Origin: Gemmatimonadota bacterium
Lineage (GTDB): Bacteria; Gemmatimonadota; Gemmatimonadetes; Palauibacterales; Palauibacteraceae
Direction of reading: 5' to 3'
Length of the DNA stretch: 64,000 bases
Assembly: GCA_039587755.1 (NCBI GenBank)
Contig: JBDHBD010000009.1
Location: forward strand, 62-64,061
Shown piece by piece: positions 24,039 through 33,392 of the stretch (its first letter is position 1; the number at the start of each line of letters is the position of its first letter). A model generated the notes under the pieces. The model saw only the letters and a program-made list of their open reading frames with translations, was not told the origin of the DNA and ran no database searches. Made by a program: the position numbers and the translations under genes.

Positions 24039-25535
24039 TCACGCGCGCGCCTCTTCGACCGGACGCAGGCGCTCCGCCCGGTAACCACCGGCCCGCCGAT
24101 CGCGCCAGTACAACCCCCCGAAGATCAGGATGAGAAGGGCGGTGAAGGGGAGGATCGCGCGGAACGAAAGCCGTCCCCCGTAATTGTCCGCCGGGCCCAG
24201 GATGGCCTGCGCGCGCCCGACGAGCTCTGATTCGACTCCGCTATCGATGACGGCCCGCAGCGCGTTAGCCGTCGTGGCCTCCAGGAGGCTGGTCTCTCGT
24301 TCGTAATGCGCCAGCACGCCTTCGGCCGCATCCACCGCGGCCCGAATGTCCTGTTGCGCGTCGTCACCGGCAGTGGCCACCGCCGGGAATTGCTGCGCGA
24401 CTTCTTCGAACAGCGCGGTCGTCTCGACGACCGGCAGCCGGGCGTGCCCCTCTTCGTCCGCGATGCGACCCATGGTCGGCGCCGTAATCAGACCGACGGT
24501 GGCCATTCCCACTGCGCCCATCAGACCCAGCCCGAGCGCACCGCTTTTCGGAATCCTCTCCGACACGAACCCGAGCATTGTCGGCCAGAAGTAGCAGATG
24601 CCGATCGCGAAGACGGTGGCCGAGGCGAACGCCACAACGGTCGTCTCCGCATAGCTAAGCCACCACAGCCCGAACAGCGCGACGATCGAGGAGCCGAGCA
24701 GGACACCGGTCGGAGACAGGCGATGGACCGCGAACCCCGCCTTGTACCTCAGGATCGCCATCAGGCCATTGATCCAGGCCAGGACCAGGATGCCCGGGAT
24801 GCCGCCAGCCTCCAGGACGGCCGGCACCCAGCGATTCGGCCCCAGCTCGGTCGAGGCGGTGATCATCATGCAAAAGAGCATGAGGAGCATGAGCGGGGTC
24901 GTGAAGGCAGCCTTGAACATCTCGCCCATGCTCACGCCGGCCTGCACGCCTTCGGTAGCGGGAAACCGCTCCCTAAGCATCAACACGCCGTACAGAAGGG
25001 TCGGAACGAGTATGAGCCCCAGCTTAAGTTGCCAGGCCCCCAGGCCTAACTGGTCGAGGAGGTAGGCCGTGACGCCACCGATCACGATGCCGCCCGGGAA
25101 CCACACGTGGAACTGGTTCAACTTGACCGTCTTGTTCTCGGGGTACAGGGTCGCGACCAGCGGGTTGCAGGCGGCCTCGACCAGGCCGTTGCCGAGCGAG
25201 ATGCCCAGCGCTCCCAGAAACAGCATCCAGAAGCCCGTGGCGAACATCATCACGCTTGCCCCCGCCAGGTGGCATAGAAAGGCGAAGCGGAGGAGCCGTC
25301 GCATCCCCAGGGTGTCGCACAGCGGCGAGAAGATGAGCTGCGACACGGCGAAGCCCCACAATGCCGCGCCGCCTATCCACCCCACTTCGAGGTTCGTGAG
25401 CACGAACTCTCGCTTCAGGGTGAGCATGATCGCGCCGACCACCGCGAAGGCGACGGAGGTCGCCACCAAGGCCACACAGCTCGCGAAGAACAGCCGACCG
25501 GCGTGGATCTCGTCCGGGTGGCGTTGAGCTGTCAC
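24039..25535 (-). CDS. MFS transporter with an extra soluble segment before the last helix
   Basis: 498 aa ORF. About 12 hydrophobic helices. A roughly 90 aa hydrophilic stretch ([14 protein letters not shown]...[11 protein letters not shown]) precedes the final TM. Confidence 0.85.
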   Translation of the reverse strand: MTAQRHPDEIHAGRLFFASCVALVATSVAFAVVGAIMLTLKREFVLTNLEVGWIGGAALWGFAVSQLIFSPLCDTLGMRRLLRFAFLCHLAGASVMMFATGFWMLFLGALGISLGNGLVEAACNPLVATLYPENKTVKLNQFHVWFPGGIVIGGVTAYLLDQLGLGAWQLKLGLILVPTLLYGVLMLRERFPATEGVQAGVSMGEMFKAAFTTPLMLLMLFCMMITASTELGPNRWVPAVLEAGGIPGILVLAWINGLMAILRYKAGFAVHRLSPTGVLLGSSIVALFGLWWLSYAETTVVAFASATVFAIGICYFWPTMLGFVSERIPKSGALGLGLMGAVGMATVGLITAPTMGRIADEEGHARLPVVETTALFEEVAQQFPAVATAGDDAQQDIRAAVDAAEGVLAHYERETSLLEATTANALRAVIDSGVESELVGRAQAILGPADNYGGRLSFRAILPFTALLILIFGGLYWRDRRAGGYRAERLRPVEEARA

Positions 25536-25569
25536 TCTGGCCTCTCCGCTGTCACTGTGCTCTGTGCTG

Positions 25570-26454
25570 TCACTCTGGCCTTCCCGCTCGTGCTGCCCGG
25601 GCCGCCCGCTCGAGGAGCTCCGGTGCCTCCAGCACGGAGCATACAGCGCCGAACTCCGGTTCGGGACCCGTCCAGCGAAGCTCGTCGACCGATGCGCTCA
25701 CCGGCGCCTCGCGCACCAGCGTGGCGAGCCGGCGAAACAGGAGCGCGAGGTCGAAGTGCTCGCGGAGGGCGCCGGCGAGTCTCTCGGCGCCGCGCACATC
25801 GACCTCCCACTCTCTCGCGTGCTCGGGGATCTCTTCCAGATGGCCGTACCGGGCGAGGACCGTGGACGAGGACTTGGCGCCCCAGCCCGGGACACCGGGA
25901 ATCCCGTCCGCCGAATCACCGACCAGCGCCAGATAATCGGGGATCGATACGGGCGCGACGCCGAATCTGTCCCATACGCCCTGTTCATCCGTGAGCTTCC
26001 GGGCCCGTCGATCGAACTGGACCACGCGGGTGCCGACCACACATTGCGCCAGGTCTTTGTCGGGCGTGCAGATCACGACCTGCTCGACGCGCGGGTCGCG
26101 CGCGGCCATGTCGGCTCCCGCGGCCAAACCGTCGTCCGCCTCGTATTCCGACATCGCCCACACCGTGACGCCCGCGGCGCGCAGCGCGTCCTCGAGCAAC
26201 CCGAACTGCGAGAGAAGCGCCGGCTCCACGCCGGATCCGTCCTTGTAGCCGTCCCACAGGGCGTTGCGGAACGACTCGATCACGTGATCCGTAACCACCG
26301 CGAGGTGCGTGGCGCCATCGGCGAACATCGACAAGACGGAGGCGACGACGCCACGGGCCGCCGCGACCTCCTGACCCGCCGCATTGACGTGACTCGGGAC
26401 CCCGAAGTAGTGACGGAACAGCTCGTACGTGCCGTCGAGCAGGTGGACCCTCAC
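25570..26454 (-). CDS. 5'-3' exonuclease / flap endonuclease (PIN + H3TH)
   Basis: The ORF extends to 26490. I prefer GTG 26452-26454, which overlaps the TGA of DUF1080 (GTGA). VHLLDGTYELFRHYF, EADD, ICTPDKDLAQ, DSADGIPGVPGWGAKS. Confidence 0.85.
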   Translation of the reverse strand: MRVHLLDGTYELFRHYFGVPSHVNAAGQEVAAARGVVASVLSMFADGATHLAVVTDHVIESFRNALWDGYKDGSGVEPALLSQFGLLEDALRAAGVTVWAMSEYEADDGLAAGADMAARDPRVEQVVICTPDKDLAQCVVGTRVVQFDRRARKLTDEQGVWDRFGVAPVSIPDYLALVGDSADGIPGVPGWGAKSSSTVLARYGHLEEIPEHAREWEVDVRGAERLAGALREHFDLALLFRRLATLVREAPVSASVDELRWTGPEPEFGAVCSVLEAPELLERAARAARAGRPE

Positions 26455-27230
26455 CGGCTCAGCGGGAGGATCCGAAGGTTGCGGTACCACACCTCGTCAC
26501 CGTGATCCTGCAGTGCGATGTGGCCTTCGGGGTAGCGACCGTACGTCGGCCAGCGGGCGAACGTTTCGGCCACGAGCGTCTCCCACTCCTCCGTCCAGAG
26601 CTCGTACTCGACGACTTTGGTGCCGTTGAGCCAGTACTCGACGTGGCTGTCGTGCACGACGATCCGGACATCGTTCCATTCACCGGGCACTCGGGCGGCG
26701 GCAACGGAACGGGCGTGCAGGCCGTAGTTCGCACCGGCCGATGTCTTGGGATCGCGGCCTTCCACGTGACGCCCGTCGTCGAGCACCTGCATCTCGGGCC
26801 CGCTCTCGTAGGTGTTCCGAGTTTCCTCGCTCACCCGAAACATGATCCCGCTGTTTCCGCCCTCCGAGATCTTCCACTCCAGTTTCAACTCGAAGTCGTC
26901 GAACTGGCTGCGGGTGACTAGGTCAGCGTCTTCTGGACCAGGCGCGACGTGGATGGTGCCGTCCTCGACAAGCCATTTGTCGGGAACGCCCTCCATCTGA
27001 AAACCCCGCCATTGGGCCAGGCTCTCACCGTCGAACAACAGGTGAAAGCCGGCGGCCCGTTCCTCGTCGCTCAACGTGTTGAGCAACTCCTCCCCCGACG
27101 CTTTTTGGGCAGACGCGGCCGGCGCTTTCTGCGAGTACGCGTCTGGCGACGCGCCGCGTGGCGCACAGGCGGTCGGCGGACCGAAGGCCGACGGAATCAG
27201 CACGGCTGCGACGAGCGTGGTAGCTCGCAT
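26451..27230 (-). CDS. DUF1080 / 3-keto-disaccharide hydrolase family protein (exported)
   Basis: C-terminal 259 aa of the 823 aa composite ORF. ATG 27230 (MRATTLVAAVLIPSAF.. signal). LFDGESLAQWRGF, DFELKLEWKISEGGNSGIMFR, GHIALQDHGDEVWYRNLRI. Confidence 0.85.
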   Translation of the reverse strand: MRATTLVAAVLIPSAFGPPTACAPRGASPDAYSQKAPAASAQKASGEELLNTLSDEERAAGFHLLFDGESLAQWRGFQMEGVPDKWLVEDGTIHVAPGPEDADLVTRSQFDDFELKLEWKISEGGNSGIMFRVSEETRNTYESGPEMQVLDDGRHVEGRDPKTSAGANYGLHARSVAAARVPGEWNDVRIVVHDSHVEYWLNGTKVVEYELWTEEWETLVAETFARWPTYGRYPEGHIALQDHGDEVWYRNLRILPLSR

Positions 27231-27254
27231 GCGGTGACATTGTCCTTCCTGTGA

Positions 27255-27296
27255 GGTCACGGGAGTGCCTTCACGATCTGCACTGTGTGTGTGGCC
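27255..27296 (-). repeat. promoter/leader-like module, family 2 (copy c, more diverged)
   Basis: Gene sense: GGCCACACACACAGTGCAGATCGTGAAGGCACTCCCGTGACC. It shares the ACACACA..TCG(T/C)GAAG..CCCG(T/A)(G/A)ACC spacing with copies a and b. It ends 24 nt before the DUF1080 ATG. Confidence 0.4.
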
Positions 27297-27373
27297 AGAG
27301 GCTAGGTGCTGAGGGCGCGCCTCACAAGATGACGGCAGGGTCAGCATCACCCGTCGAAAGGCTCCCAGGCCCG

Positions 27374-28561
27374 TCAGCCTCGCCCGCCGGCCAGCCGAGC
27401 CGCCTCGGGCCTGCGTCGCAGCTTCCACATCGAGAGCGTTCCCAGCGCAGGGCCCAGGGCGAGAGGCAGGAACGCCCACTCCCATCCCCAGGCCGCCTCC
27501 CACACGGGGACAAGCCGGATCGTGACGACCGTGAGCAGAAAGCCGATCGCGGTTTGGAGGGTGAGCGATGTGCCGACGTAACTCTGTTCTGCCAGCTCGG
27601 TCACGCAGGTGGAGAACTGGGCCGAATCGGCGACGACCGCGAACCCCCACAGCAGGCTGAACAGCGCCACCAACCAGGGAGAGGTCCCGAACACGAGACC
27701 CGCCGTCAGACAGCACGCCCCGCTGGTCACCATGCTGAGGTTGGTCACGCAGGTCCGACCGATCCGATCGGCCGCCAGACCGGCAACCCAGGCCCCCAGA
27801 CCGCCGATCGCGATCGTCCCGAAGGCCACGATACCGGCCAGGGCAGAGGTCGAACGGGGGTCGCCGTCGGCACGAAAGCTGGCGGCGACAAAGGCCGGTG
27901 CCCAGGCCCACACGGCGTACAGCTCCCACATGTGCCCGAAGTAGCCTCCGTTGGCGAGCATCGTCGCACGGTCGCGCAGGATGCGTCGGATCGCGCCGGG
28001 GTCGAACGGCGCTGCGGGAGCCTGGTACGGTCCCTCCTCGAGTCCGAGAACGGCGATGAGCGCCCCGATGACCGATAGTCCGGACGCCAGAAACAGCACG
28101 GTGCGCCAATCGCCGATCCCGCCAGCCGCGCGCAAAAGGTGCGGCAGGGCGGATCCGACGGTGAGCGCCCCGACCAGAATCCCGATCGCCGTGCCCCTGC
28201 GCTGTCGGAACCAGCCCGCCATGATCTTCATGCCCGGCGGGTAGACGCCAGCCAGCGCCACACCCGTGACGAAGCGAAGAGGGATCGCGCTCGACAGACC
28301 GTTCGACCACACGGCGATGGACGCGGTCGCGGCGGCTCCGAGCAGGGCAGACCCGGCCACCAGCAGTCTCGGGCTCCACACGTCCGACAGCGTGAGTACG
28401 GCCGAGAGCACGGCGCCGGTCACGAACCCCAGCTGGACAGACATCGTGAGCCATGAGGCGGAGCCGGTATCGAGCAGCCAAGCGTCCACGAGCTCGGGAA
28501 CGACGGCGGTCGCGCTGAACCACAGCGACATGGCCAGGAGCTCGGCGACGGCGAGAAGCAT
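27374..28561 (-). CDS. MFS transporter
   Basis: 395 aa ORF. 12 hydrophobic segments. GWFRQRRGTAIG loop motif. Confidence 0.85.
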   Translation of the reverse strand: MLLAVAELLAMSLWFSATAVVPELVDAWLLDTGSASWLTMSVQLGFVTGAVLSAVLTLSDVWSPRLLVAGSALLGAAATASIAVWSNGLSSAIPLRFVTGVALAGVYPPGMKIMAGWFRQRRGTAIGILVGALTVGSALPHLLRAAGGIGDWRTVLFLASGLSVIGALIAVLGLEEGPYQAPAAPFDPGAIRRILRDRATMLANGGYFGHMWELYAVWAWAPAFVAASFRADGDPRSTSALAGIVAFGTIAIGGLGAWVAGLAADRIGRTCVTNLSMVTSGACCLTAGLVFGTSPWLVALFSLLWGFAVVADSAQFSTCVTELAEQSYVGTSLTLQTAIGFLLTVVTIRLVPVWEAAWGWEWAFLPLALGPALGTLSMWKLRRRPEAARLAGGRG

Positions 28562-28636
28562 AAGAACACGAATGGCACGGCGACCCTGCAGCCGGGCCGC
28601 CGGGGTCGCCGGATTGCTTGGGGGTGGTTGGCTGAA

Positions 28637-28658
28637 AGCGGCCGGACGACCGGCCGCT
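28637..28658 (-). terminator. candidate terminator hairpin downstream of acs
   Basis: AGCGGCCGG-nnnn-CCGGCCGCT. 9-bp GC stem, followed on the minus strand by TTTCAG. Short U-tract, so only moderate confidence. Confidence 0.45.
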
Positions 28659-28674
28659 TCCGAGGAATCCGGGC

Positions 28675-30639
28675 TCAGCTCTCCGCGCCCGCGTGCTGCG
28701 CCTGCAGCTTCTCGACCACGGCCGGATCGGCCAGAGTCGTCGTGTCGCCCAGGGTCCGCCCTTCGGCGATATCACGCAGCAGACGCCGCATGATCTTGCC
28801 GCTCCGGGTCTTGGGAAGGTCGGCGGTAAAGATGACGTCCGCCGGTTTGGCGATCGGCCCGATCTCCTCCGCGACATGATTCCGCAGCTCCAGCCGCAGC
28901 TCGTCGGAGAAGTCATGCCCATCCTTCAGGCTCACGAAAGCCGCGATCGCCTGTCCCTTGATCTCGTCGGCTCTCCCGACGACCGCCGCCTCTGCCACAG
29001 CCGGGTGATCGACCAGCGCCGATTCCACCTCCATCGTGCCGATACGGTGCCCCGCGACGTTCAGCACGTCGTCGACTCGACCCATGATCCAGAAGTATCC
29101 GTTGTCGTCCACGCGCGCGCCGTCACCCGCGAAGTAAACATCGGGCCACTTCGACCAGTACGTTTGTCGATAGCGCTCCGGGTCGCCGTAAATGGTCCGC
29201 AGCATGGCGGGCCAGGGCTCCGTGATGGCCAGGAAGCCGCTTTCGGCCTCCTCGCCCTGCTCGTTGAGGATGGTTGCCTCGATGCCTGGGAAGGCCCGAG
29301 TGGCCGAGCCCGGCTTGGTGACCGTGACACCTGGGAGCGGCGTGATGAGGATCGCGCCGGTCTCGGTCTGCCACCAGGTGTCTACGATCGGGCAGCTAGA
29401 GCCGCCGATGTGCTCGCGGTACCACGTCCACGCCTCGGGGTTGATCGGCTCGCCCACGGTCCCCAGCAGCCGCAGCGAGGAGAGGTCGTGCTTGGCGGGC
29501 CACTGCTCTCCCCACTTCATGAATGCCCGGATCGCGGTCGGCGCCGTGTACAGCACGGTCACTCCGTACTTCACGCACAGGGCCCAGAAGCGACCCCGGT
29601 CGGGCCAGTCCGGCGCGCCTTCGTACATGACTGCCGTGGCGCCGTTCGCGAACGGCCCGTAAACGATGTACGAGTGGCCCGTCACCCAGCCGACATCGGC
29701 TGTGCACCAGTAGATGTCGTCATCCTTGAGATCGAACACCCACTTTGTGGTCGCGTAGACCTGGGTCATGTAGCCGCCCGTCGTGTGCACGACGCCCTTC
29801 GGTTTCCCGGTCGTGCCGGAGGTGTAAAGGATGTAGAGGATGTCCTCCGCGTCCATCTCCTCGGCGGGACAGTCGGCCGACGCCGCATCGACGAGCTCGT
29901 GATACCAATGATCCCGCCCCCCCCGCATGGTGATCGGAACCTCGGGACCATTGCCGTCCGGGTGCCGCTTCACGACCACTACGTGCTCGACGATGTCGAC
30001 ACCCTCGATCGCCTCATCCGCGTTCCCCTTCAGCGGCACGATACTGCCGCGGCGGTACCCTCCGTCGCCCGTAATGACGACCTTGGCCGAGGCATCCTCG
30101 ACCCGGTCGCGCAGCGACTGCGGCGAGAACCCTCCGAACACGACGGAGTGAGGCGCCCCGATCCGCGCGCAGGCGAGCATGGCGATCGCGGCCTCGGGGA
30201 TCATCGGCAGATAGATCGCGACGCGGTCACCCTTGTTGACGCCCAGGCCTTTCAGGGCGTTGGCGAAGCGTGACACTTCCGCGTGCAGCTCGCGGTACGT
30301 GTAGGTGCGCTCGTCCCCGGGCTCGCCCTCCCAGATGAGGGCGGTCTTGTCGGCAACGGGAGTGTCCAGATGGCGATCGAGGCAGTTGTACGCGGCGTTG
30401 AGCTTGCCGCCCAGGAACCACTTGGCGAACGGAGGCTCCCATTCGAGCACGCGGTCCCACTTACGGAACCAGTGCAGCTCCTCGGCCCAGGTTTCCCAGT
30501 AGGCCTCCATATCCCGTTTCCCGCGACGGTACGGCTCTTCGTCCGAAACGTGGGCCGCCGCCTTGAATTCGGGGGATGGTTCGTAGGTGCGCTCCTCGGT
30601 CAGGAGCACGGCGATTTCGCGGTGCTGTGTATCTTTCAT
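28675..30639 (-). CDS. acs: acetyl-CoA synthetase (AMP-forming)
   Basis: Start at MKDTQHREI (ATG 30639) inside the 678 aa [34 protein letters not shown]. Confidence 0.95.
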   Translation of the reverse strand: MKDTQHREIAVLLTEERTYEPSPEFKAAAHVSDEEPYRRGKRDMEAYWETWAEELHWFRKWDRVLEWEPPFAKWFLGGKLNAAYNCLDRHLDTPVADKTALIWEGEPGDERTYTYRELHAEVSRFANALKGLGVNKGDRVAIYLPMIPEAAIAMLACARIGAPHSVVFGGFSPQSLRDRVEDASAKVVITGDGGYRRGSIVPLKGNADEAIEGVDIVEHVVVVKRHPDGNGPEVPITMRGGRDHWYHELVDAASADCPAEEMDAEDILYILYTSGTTGKPKGVVHTTGGYMTQVYATTKWVFDLKDDDIYWCTADVGWVTGHSYIVYGPFANGATAVMYEGAPDWPDRGRFWALCVKYGVTVLYTAPTAIRAFMKWGEQWPAKHDLSSLRLLGTVGEPINPEAWTWYREHIGGSSCPIVDTWWQTETGAILITPLPGVTVTKPGSATRAFPGIEATILNEQGEEAESGFLAITEPWPAMLRTIYGDPERYRQTYWSKWPDVYFAGDGARVDDNGYFWIMGRVDDVLNVAGHRIGTMEVESALVDHPAVAEAAVVGRADEIKGQAIAAFVSLKDGHDFSDELRLELRNHVAEEIGPIAKPADVIFTADLPKTRSGKIMRRLLRDIAEGRTLGDTTTLADPAVVEKLQAQHAGAES

Positions 30640-30794
30640 CGTCTCTTCTTTATCGGGTTGCGGAGCCGTGGCTCCGGCAGAGATTGGCAACAGGAACTCC
30701 AATTCTGACACACATTAGACGGGCTTCCGACGCGCGTGGCAAGGAAGCGGAGCCACGATTCGGCAGGAGCAGAAGACGGAGCTTCGAAAGACGC

Positions 30795-30980
30795 ATGAGC
30801 GATCGCACATTACTGATCATTCTAATGATTCCAATGGTCGTCGCCCTCGCTTTCGGCGTCTGGGCCGGACTGGGATATCCTGGCCGATACGACAAGTACG
30901 AGTCGACGGGCAAGGCGCCCAGGAGCACGCCCTTCGAGCGGTTGATGGAGTGGGTAGTGCGACGACTGGATCGCAAGTGA
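30795..30980 (+). CDS. small membrane protein (1 TM)
   Basis: In-frame ATG 30795 (MSDRTLLIILMIPMVVALAFGVWAGLGYPG..). Its TGA overlaps the GTG of the CDF gene (GTGA). Confidence 0.5.
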   Translation: MSDRTLLIILMIPMVVALAFGVWAGLGYPGRYDKYESTGKAPRSTPFERLMEWVVRRLDRK

Positions 30981-31870
30981 AACCCCGACGGCAAGAGGTC
31001 CGGCGGGTTCTCGCCTGGGTGCTGATCGCGAACCTGGGCGTCATCTTCGCCAAGCTGGTCATCGGGTTCCGCACGGGCTCCATCGCCGTGCTCGGCGACG
31101 CCGCACACTCAGGAGTGGATGCGATCAACAACGTGGTGGGTCTGCTCGCGGTGCGACTCGCGGCGAGTCCGCCTGACGAGGAGCACCCGTACGGCCACGG
31201 GAAATTCGAAACGTTGGGCGCGCTCGCCGTGGCCAGCTTCCTGTCCATCACCTGTTTCGAGCTTCTGGAGGGAGCGATCGGGCGACTGGTCAGCGACGCT
31301 CCGCCTCTGACCCTGGAGCCCCTCGTCTTCTGGGTACTGGGTGCTACCATGGCGGTCAACGTGGGCGTCGCGACGCTGGAGGCCAGGTCAGGTCGGCTTC
31401 TGCGCAGCGAGGTTCTTCAGGCCGACGCGCGCCACACGGCGGCCGACGTCATGGTCACCGGCGCCGTGCTGGTGGGGCTCGGCCTCGTGGCGCTGGGTTG
31501 GGCAGCCGCCGACGCCTGGCTCGCCATCGTGGTGGTGTTCGTCATCGCCCACAGCGGGATCCAGATCCTGCGAACGACGATTCCGGTCCTGGTCGATCGC
31601 CGAGCTCTCGAGCCGGAGCACATTCGACACCTCGCGGAAACGACCCCCGGTGTGCTGCGGGCTTATGAGATCCGATCGCGAGGGCGTCCGGGCGAGGCGT
31701 TTGCCGAACTCACGATCCAGGTGGATCCGAGGCGGGAGGATGTGTTCTCGGCGCACGAGATCGCTGACTCTGTCGAGAAACGGATCGAGAACGAAGCCGG
31801 GTTCTCGGGTGTCGTCGTGCACGTGGAGCCGGCCGATGCCGAGCTCTCGGCGGGCCGTTCGGATGCGTAG
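30977..31870 (+). CDS. cation diffusion facilitator (CDF) family metal efflux transporter
   Basis: GTG 30977. LIANLGVIFAKLVIGFRTGSIAVLGDAAHSGVDA (HxxxD site), HPYGHGKFE, DARHTAADV, C-terminal cytoplasmic domain. Confidence 0.9.
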   Translation: MKPRRQEVRRVLAWVLIANLGVIFAKLVIGFRTGSIAVLGDAAHSGVDAINNVVGLLAVRLAASPPDEEHPYGHGKFETLGALAVASFLSITCFELLEGAIGRLVSDAPPLTLEPLVFWVLGATMAVNVGVATLEARSGRLLRSEVLQADARHTAADVMVTGAVLVGLGLVALGWAAADAWLAIVVVFVIAHSGIQILRTTIPVLVDRRALEPEHIRHLAETTPGVLRAYEIRSRGRPGEAFAELTIQVDPRREDVFSAHEIADSVEKRIENEAGFSGVVVHVEPADAELSAGRSDA

Positions 31871-31899
31871 ACCGTCTTCGAGGAAGGTGGGCGACCTGT

Positions 31900-32529
31900 C
31901 TACAGGTTGGCCTCCTCCAGCCGCCACGAGCAGCTCGGGTGCCCGTCGCCCTCGCAGTTGTCGTGCACCACGGTGAGGTCGCTGAGACCGTGTCGGCTTA
32001 GGACGGTCTGCAAGACGCTGCTGACGAGCGAGCAGCCTCGGGAGCCGTTCGCCACCTGGGCCGGGAAGCCATGCTCGAGGACAAGGGCCGGCGGTTTTCG
32101 ACTGATCTGGACACGGCCACGGGCGCTCAGTGGGCGAATGAGGCGGGCGGCGCGGCCCAACGCGCGTCTCTCGCGAAGACGTCTGGGGACCATCCGGTCC
32201 GTGCGGGGCGGTCCGACCTCGCGCGCCACCAGGCGCCGTCCGGCGTCGACGAACACATCCTCGGCATCCGCACGTCGTGCGACCAGCACGAAGAGTCGCA
32301 TCACCTCCTCCCCCGGCAACTTGCCGCGCTCTCTCCTGAGCTCGGCGTATCGTTCGATCTGCCGCTCGACGACGGCGGTAAGGCCGAACCTGCGGCGAAG
32401 ATTGAGGGGAAGGTCGTGGGCGTGCAGAGCGTCCTGGTCGGGGGGCATGTCGGCAGCTCGGACGGCCTCGAGTAGCGCGAGCGCGGCCGAGGGATCGACT
32501 TTCCGCAGGGTAAGAGTCACGTCGCCCAT
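31900..32529 (-). CDS. hypothetical protein (C-terminal Cys motif reminiscent of V4R-type domains)
   Basis: C-terminal 209 aa of the 473 aa ORF. ATG 32529 (MGDVTLTLRKVD..). Ends ..GCSLVSSVL..HDNCEGDGHPSCSWRLEE. Family assignment is tentative. Confidence 0.55.
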   Translation of the reverse strand: MGDVTLTLRKVDPSAALALLEAVRAADMPPDQDALHAHDLPLNLRRRFGLTAVVERQIERYAELRRERGKLPGEEVMRLFVLVARRADAEDVFVDAGRRLVAREVGPPRTDRMVPRRLRERRALGRAARLIRPLSARGRVQISRKPPALVLEHGFPAQVANGSRGCSLVSSVLQTVLSRHGLSDLTVVHDNCEGDGHPSCSWRLEEANL

Positions 32530-32574
32530 ACGGGCTGGTACTGTATCTGTCCGAAGCACCGGCGGCAAGCGGCG

Positions 32575-33279
32575 GTGAACGGTCTGCGTTGGCTGACGGT
32601 AGGAGGGAGTGTCAGCGCACTCGCCGTGGGTCTGATGGTGCTGGTCGGAACGGGCATCGGCGGCGTGGTGCTCCTGCTCCTTTTCTTCCTCACCTCTTCG
32701 GCGCTCACCACGGCCAGCCGGCGGGCGCGTCGCGACGAGGGCCGTCGCACACACTACGATGACGGCACACCGATCGGTCCGAATGCCGACGAGAAGGGAC
32801 GCACTGCGATCCAGGTGCTTGCCAACGGGGGCGTCGCGGCAATTGCCGCAGCCTCCAGCCTCGCGGGCTGGCTTCCCGACGCGGCGTACGTGGTAACGGG
32901 TTCGCTCGCCGCTGCGACCGCCGACACGTGGGCCACGGAGCTGGGAACGCAGATCGGGGCGCGGACACGATTGGTGACGACGTGGCAGACCGTGCCACCC
33001 GGTCGGTCCGGTGGGGTATCGTGGCCAGGCAGCGCAGCGGGTGCGGCCGGTGCCGTGCTCATCGCCACCGCGGCCGCCCTGCTGTTCGGGCCGGCCGGGG
33101 GCTGGAGCTGGCTGGCTGTGGGAGCTACGGGCGGTGTGGCAGGTACGATCGCGGACTCCTTCGCCGGTGCCGGAATCGAGGGACGGCTCCGCTGGGTGGA
33201 CAACAACGTCGTGAACGGAATCTGCACCGTGACGGGCGGTGCGACCGGTTGGATCGTCGGCCGGGCTCTGCTCGGGTAG
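32575..33279 (+). CDS. DUF92 (TMEM19-like) integral membrane protein
   Basis: 234 aa ORF. GTG start. GGVVLLLLFFLTSSALT, ANGGVAAIAA, ADTWATELG motifs typical of DUF92. Confidence 0.75.
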   Translation: MNGLRWLTVGGSVSALAVGLMVLVGTGIGGVVLLLLFFLTSSALTTASRRARRDEGRRTHYDDGTPIGPNADEKGRTAIQVLANGGVAAIAAASSLAGWLPDAAYVVTGSLAAATADTWATELGTQIGARTRLVTTWQTVPPGRSGGVSWPGSAAGAAGAVLIATAAALLFGPAGGWSWLAVGATGGVAGTIADSFAGAGIEGRLRWVDNNVVNGICTVTGGATGWIVGRALLG

Positions 33280-33392
33280 GTATGGTGCACGGCGGTTGTT
33301 CGCGTCCTGTACCTTGCACATCTTCCCGCGATACGTGGCGGACGCCTACCCGGCATCCGCCGCTCTCTTTTTGAGCGAGACAGACGAAGGCC

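Noticed and set aside
26451-28922. 823-aa composite ORF, and similar over-extended ORFs (41480-44494 at 1004 aa, 21780-23456, 31900-33321, 56269-57570, 45978-47366, 51707-52765, 62485-63684)
   Set aside because: Only the C-terminal parts carry recognisable domains and plausible starts or SD sequences. The N-terminal extensions are Arg/Pro-rich and overlap neighbouring well-supported genes in other frames. I trimmed them to internal starts.
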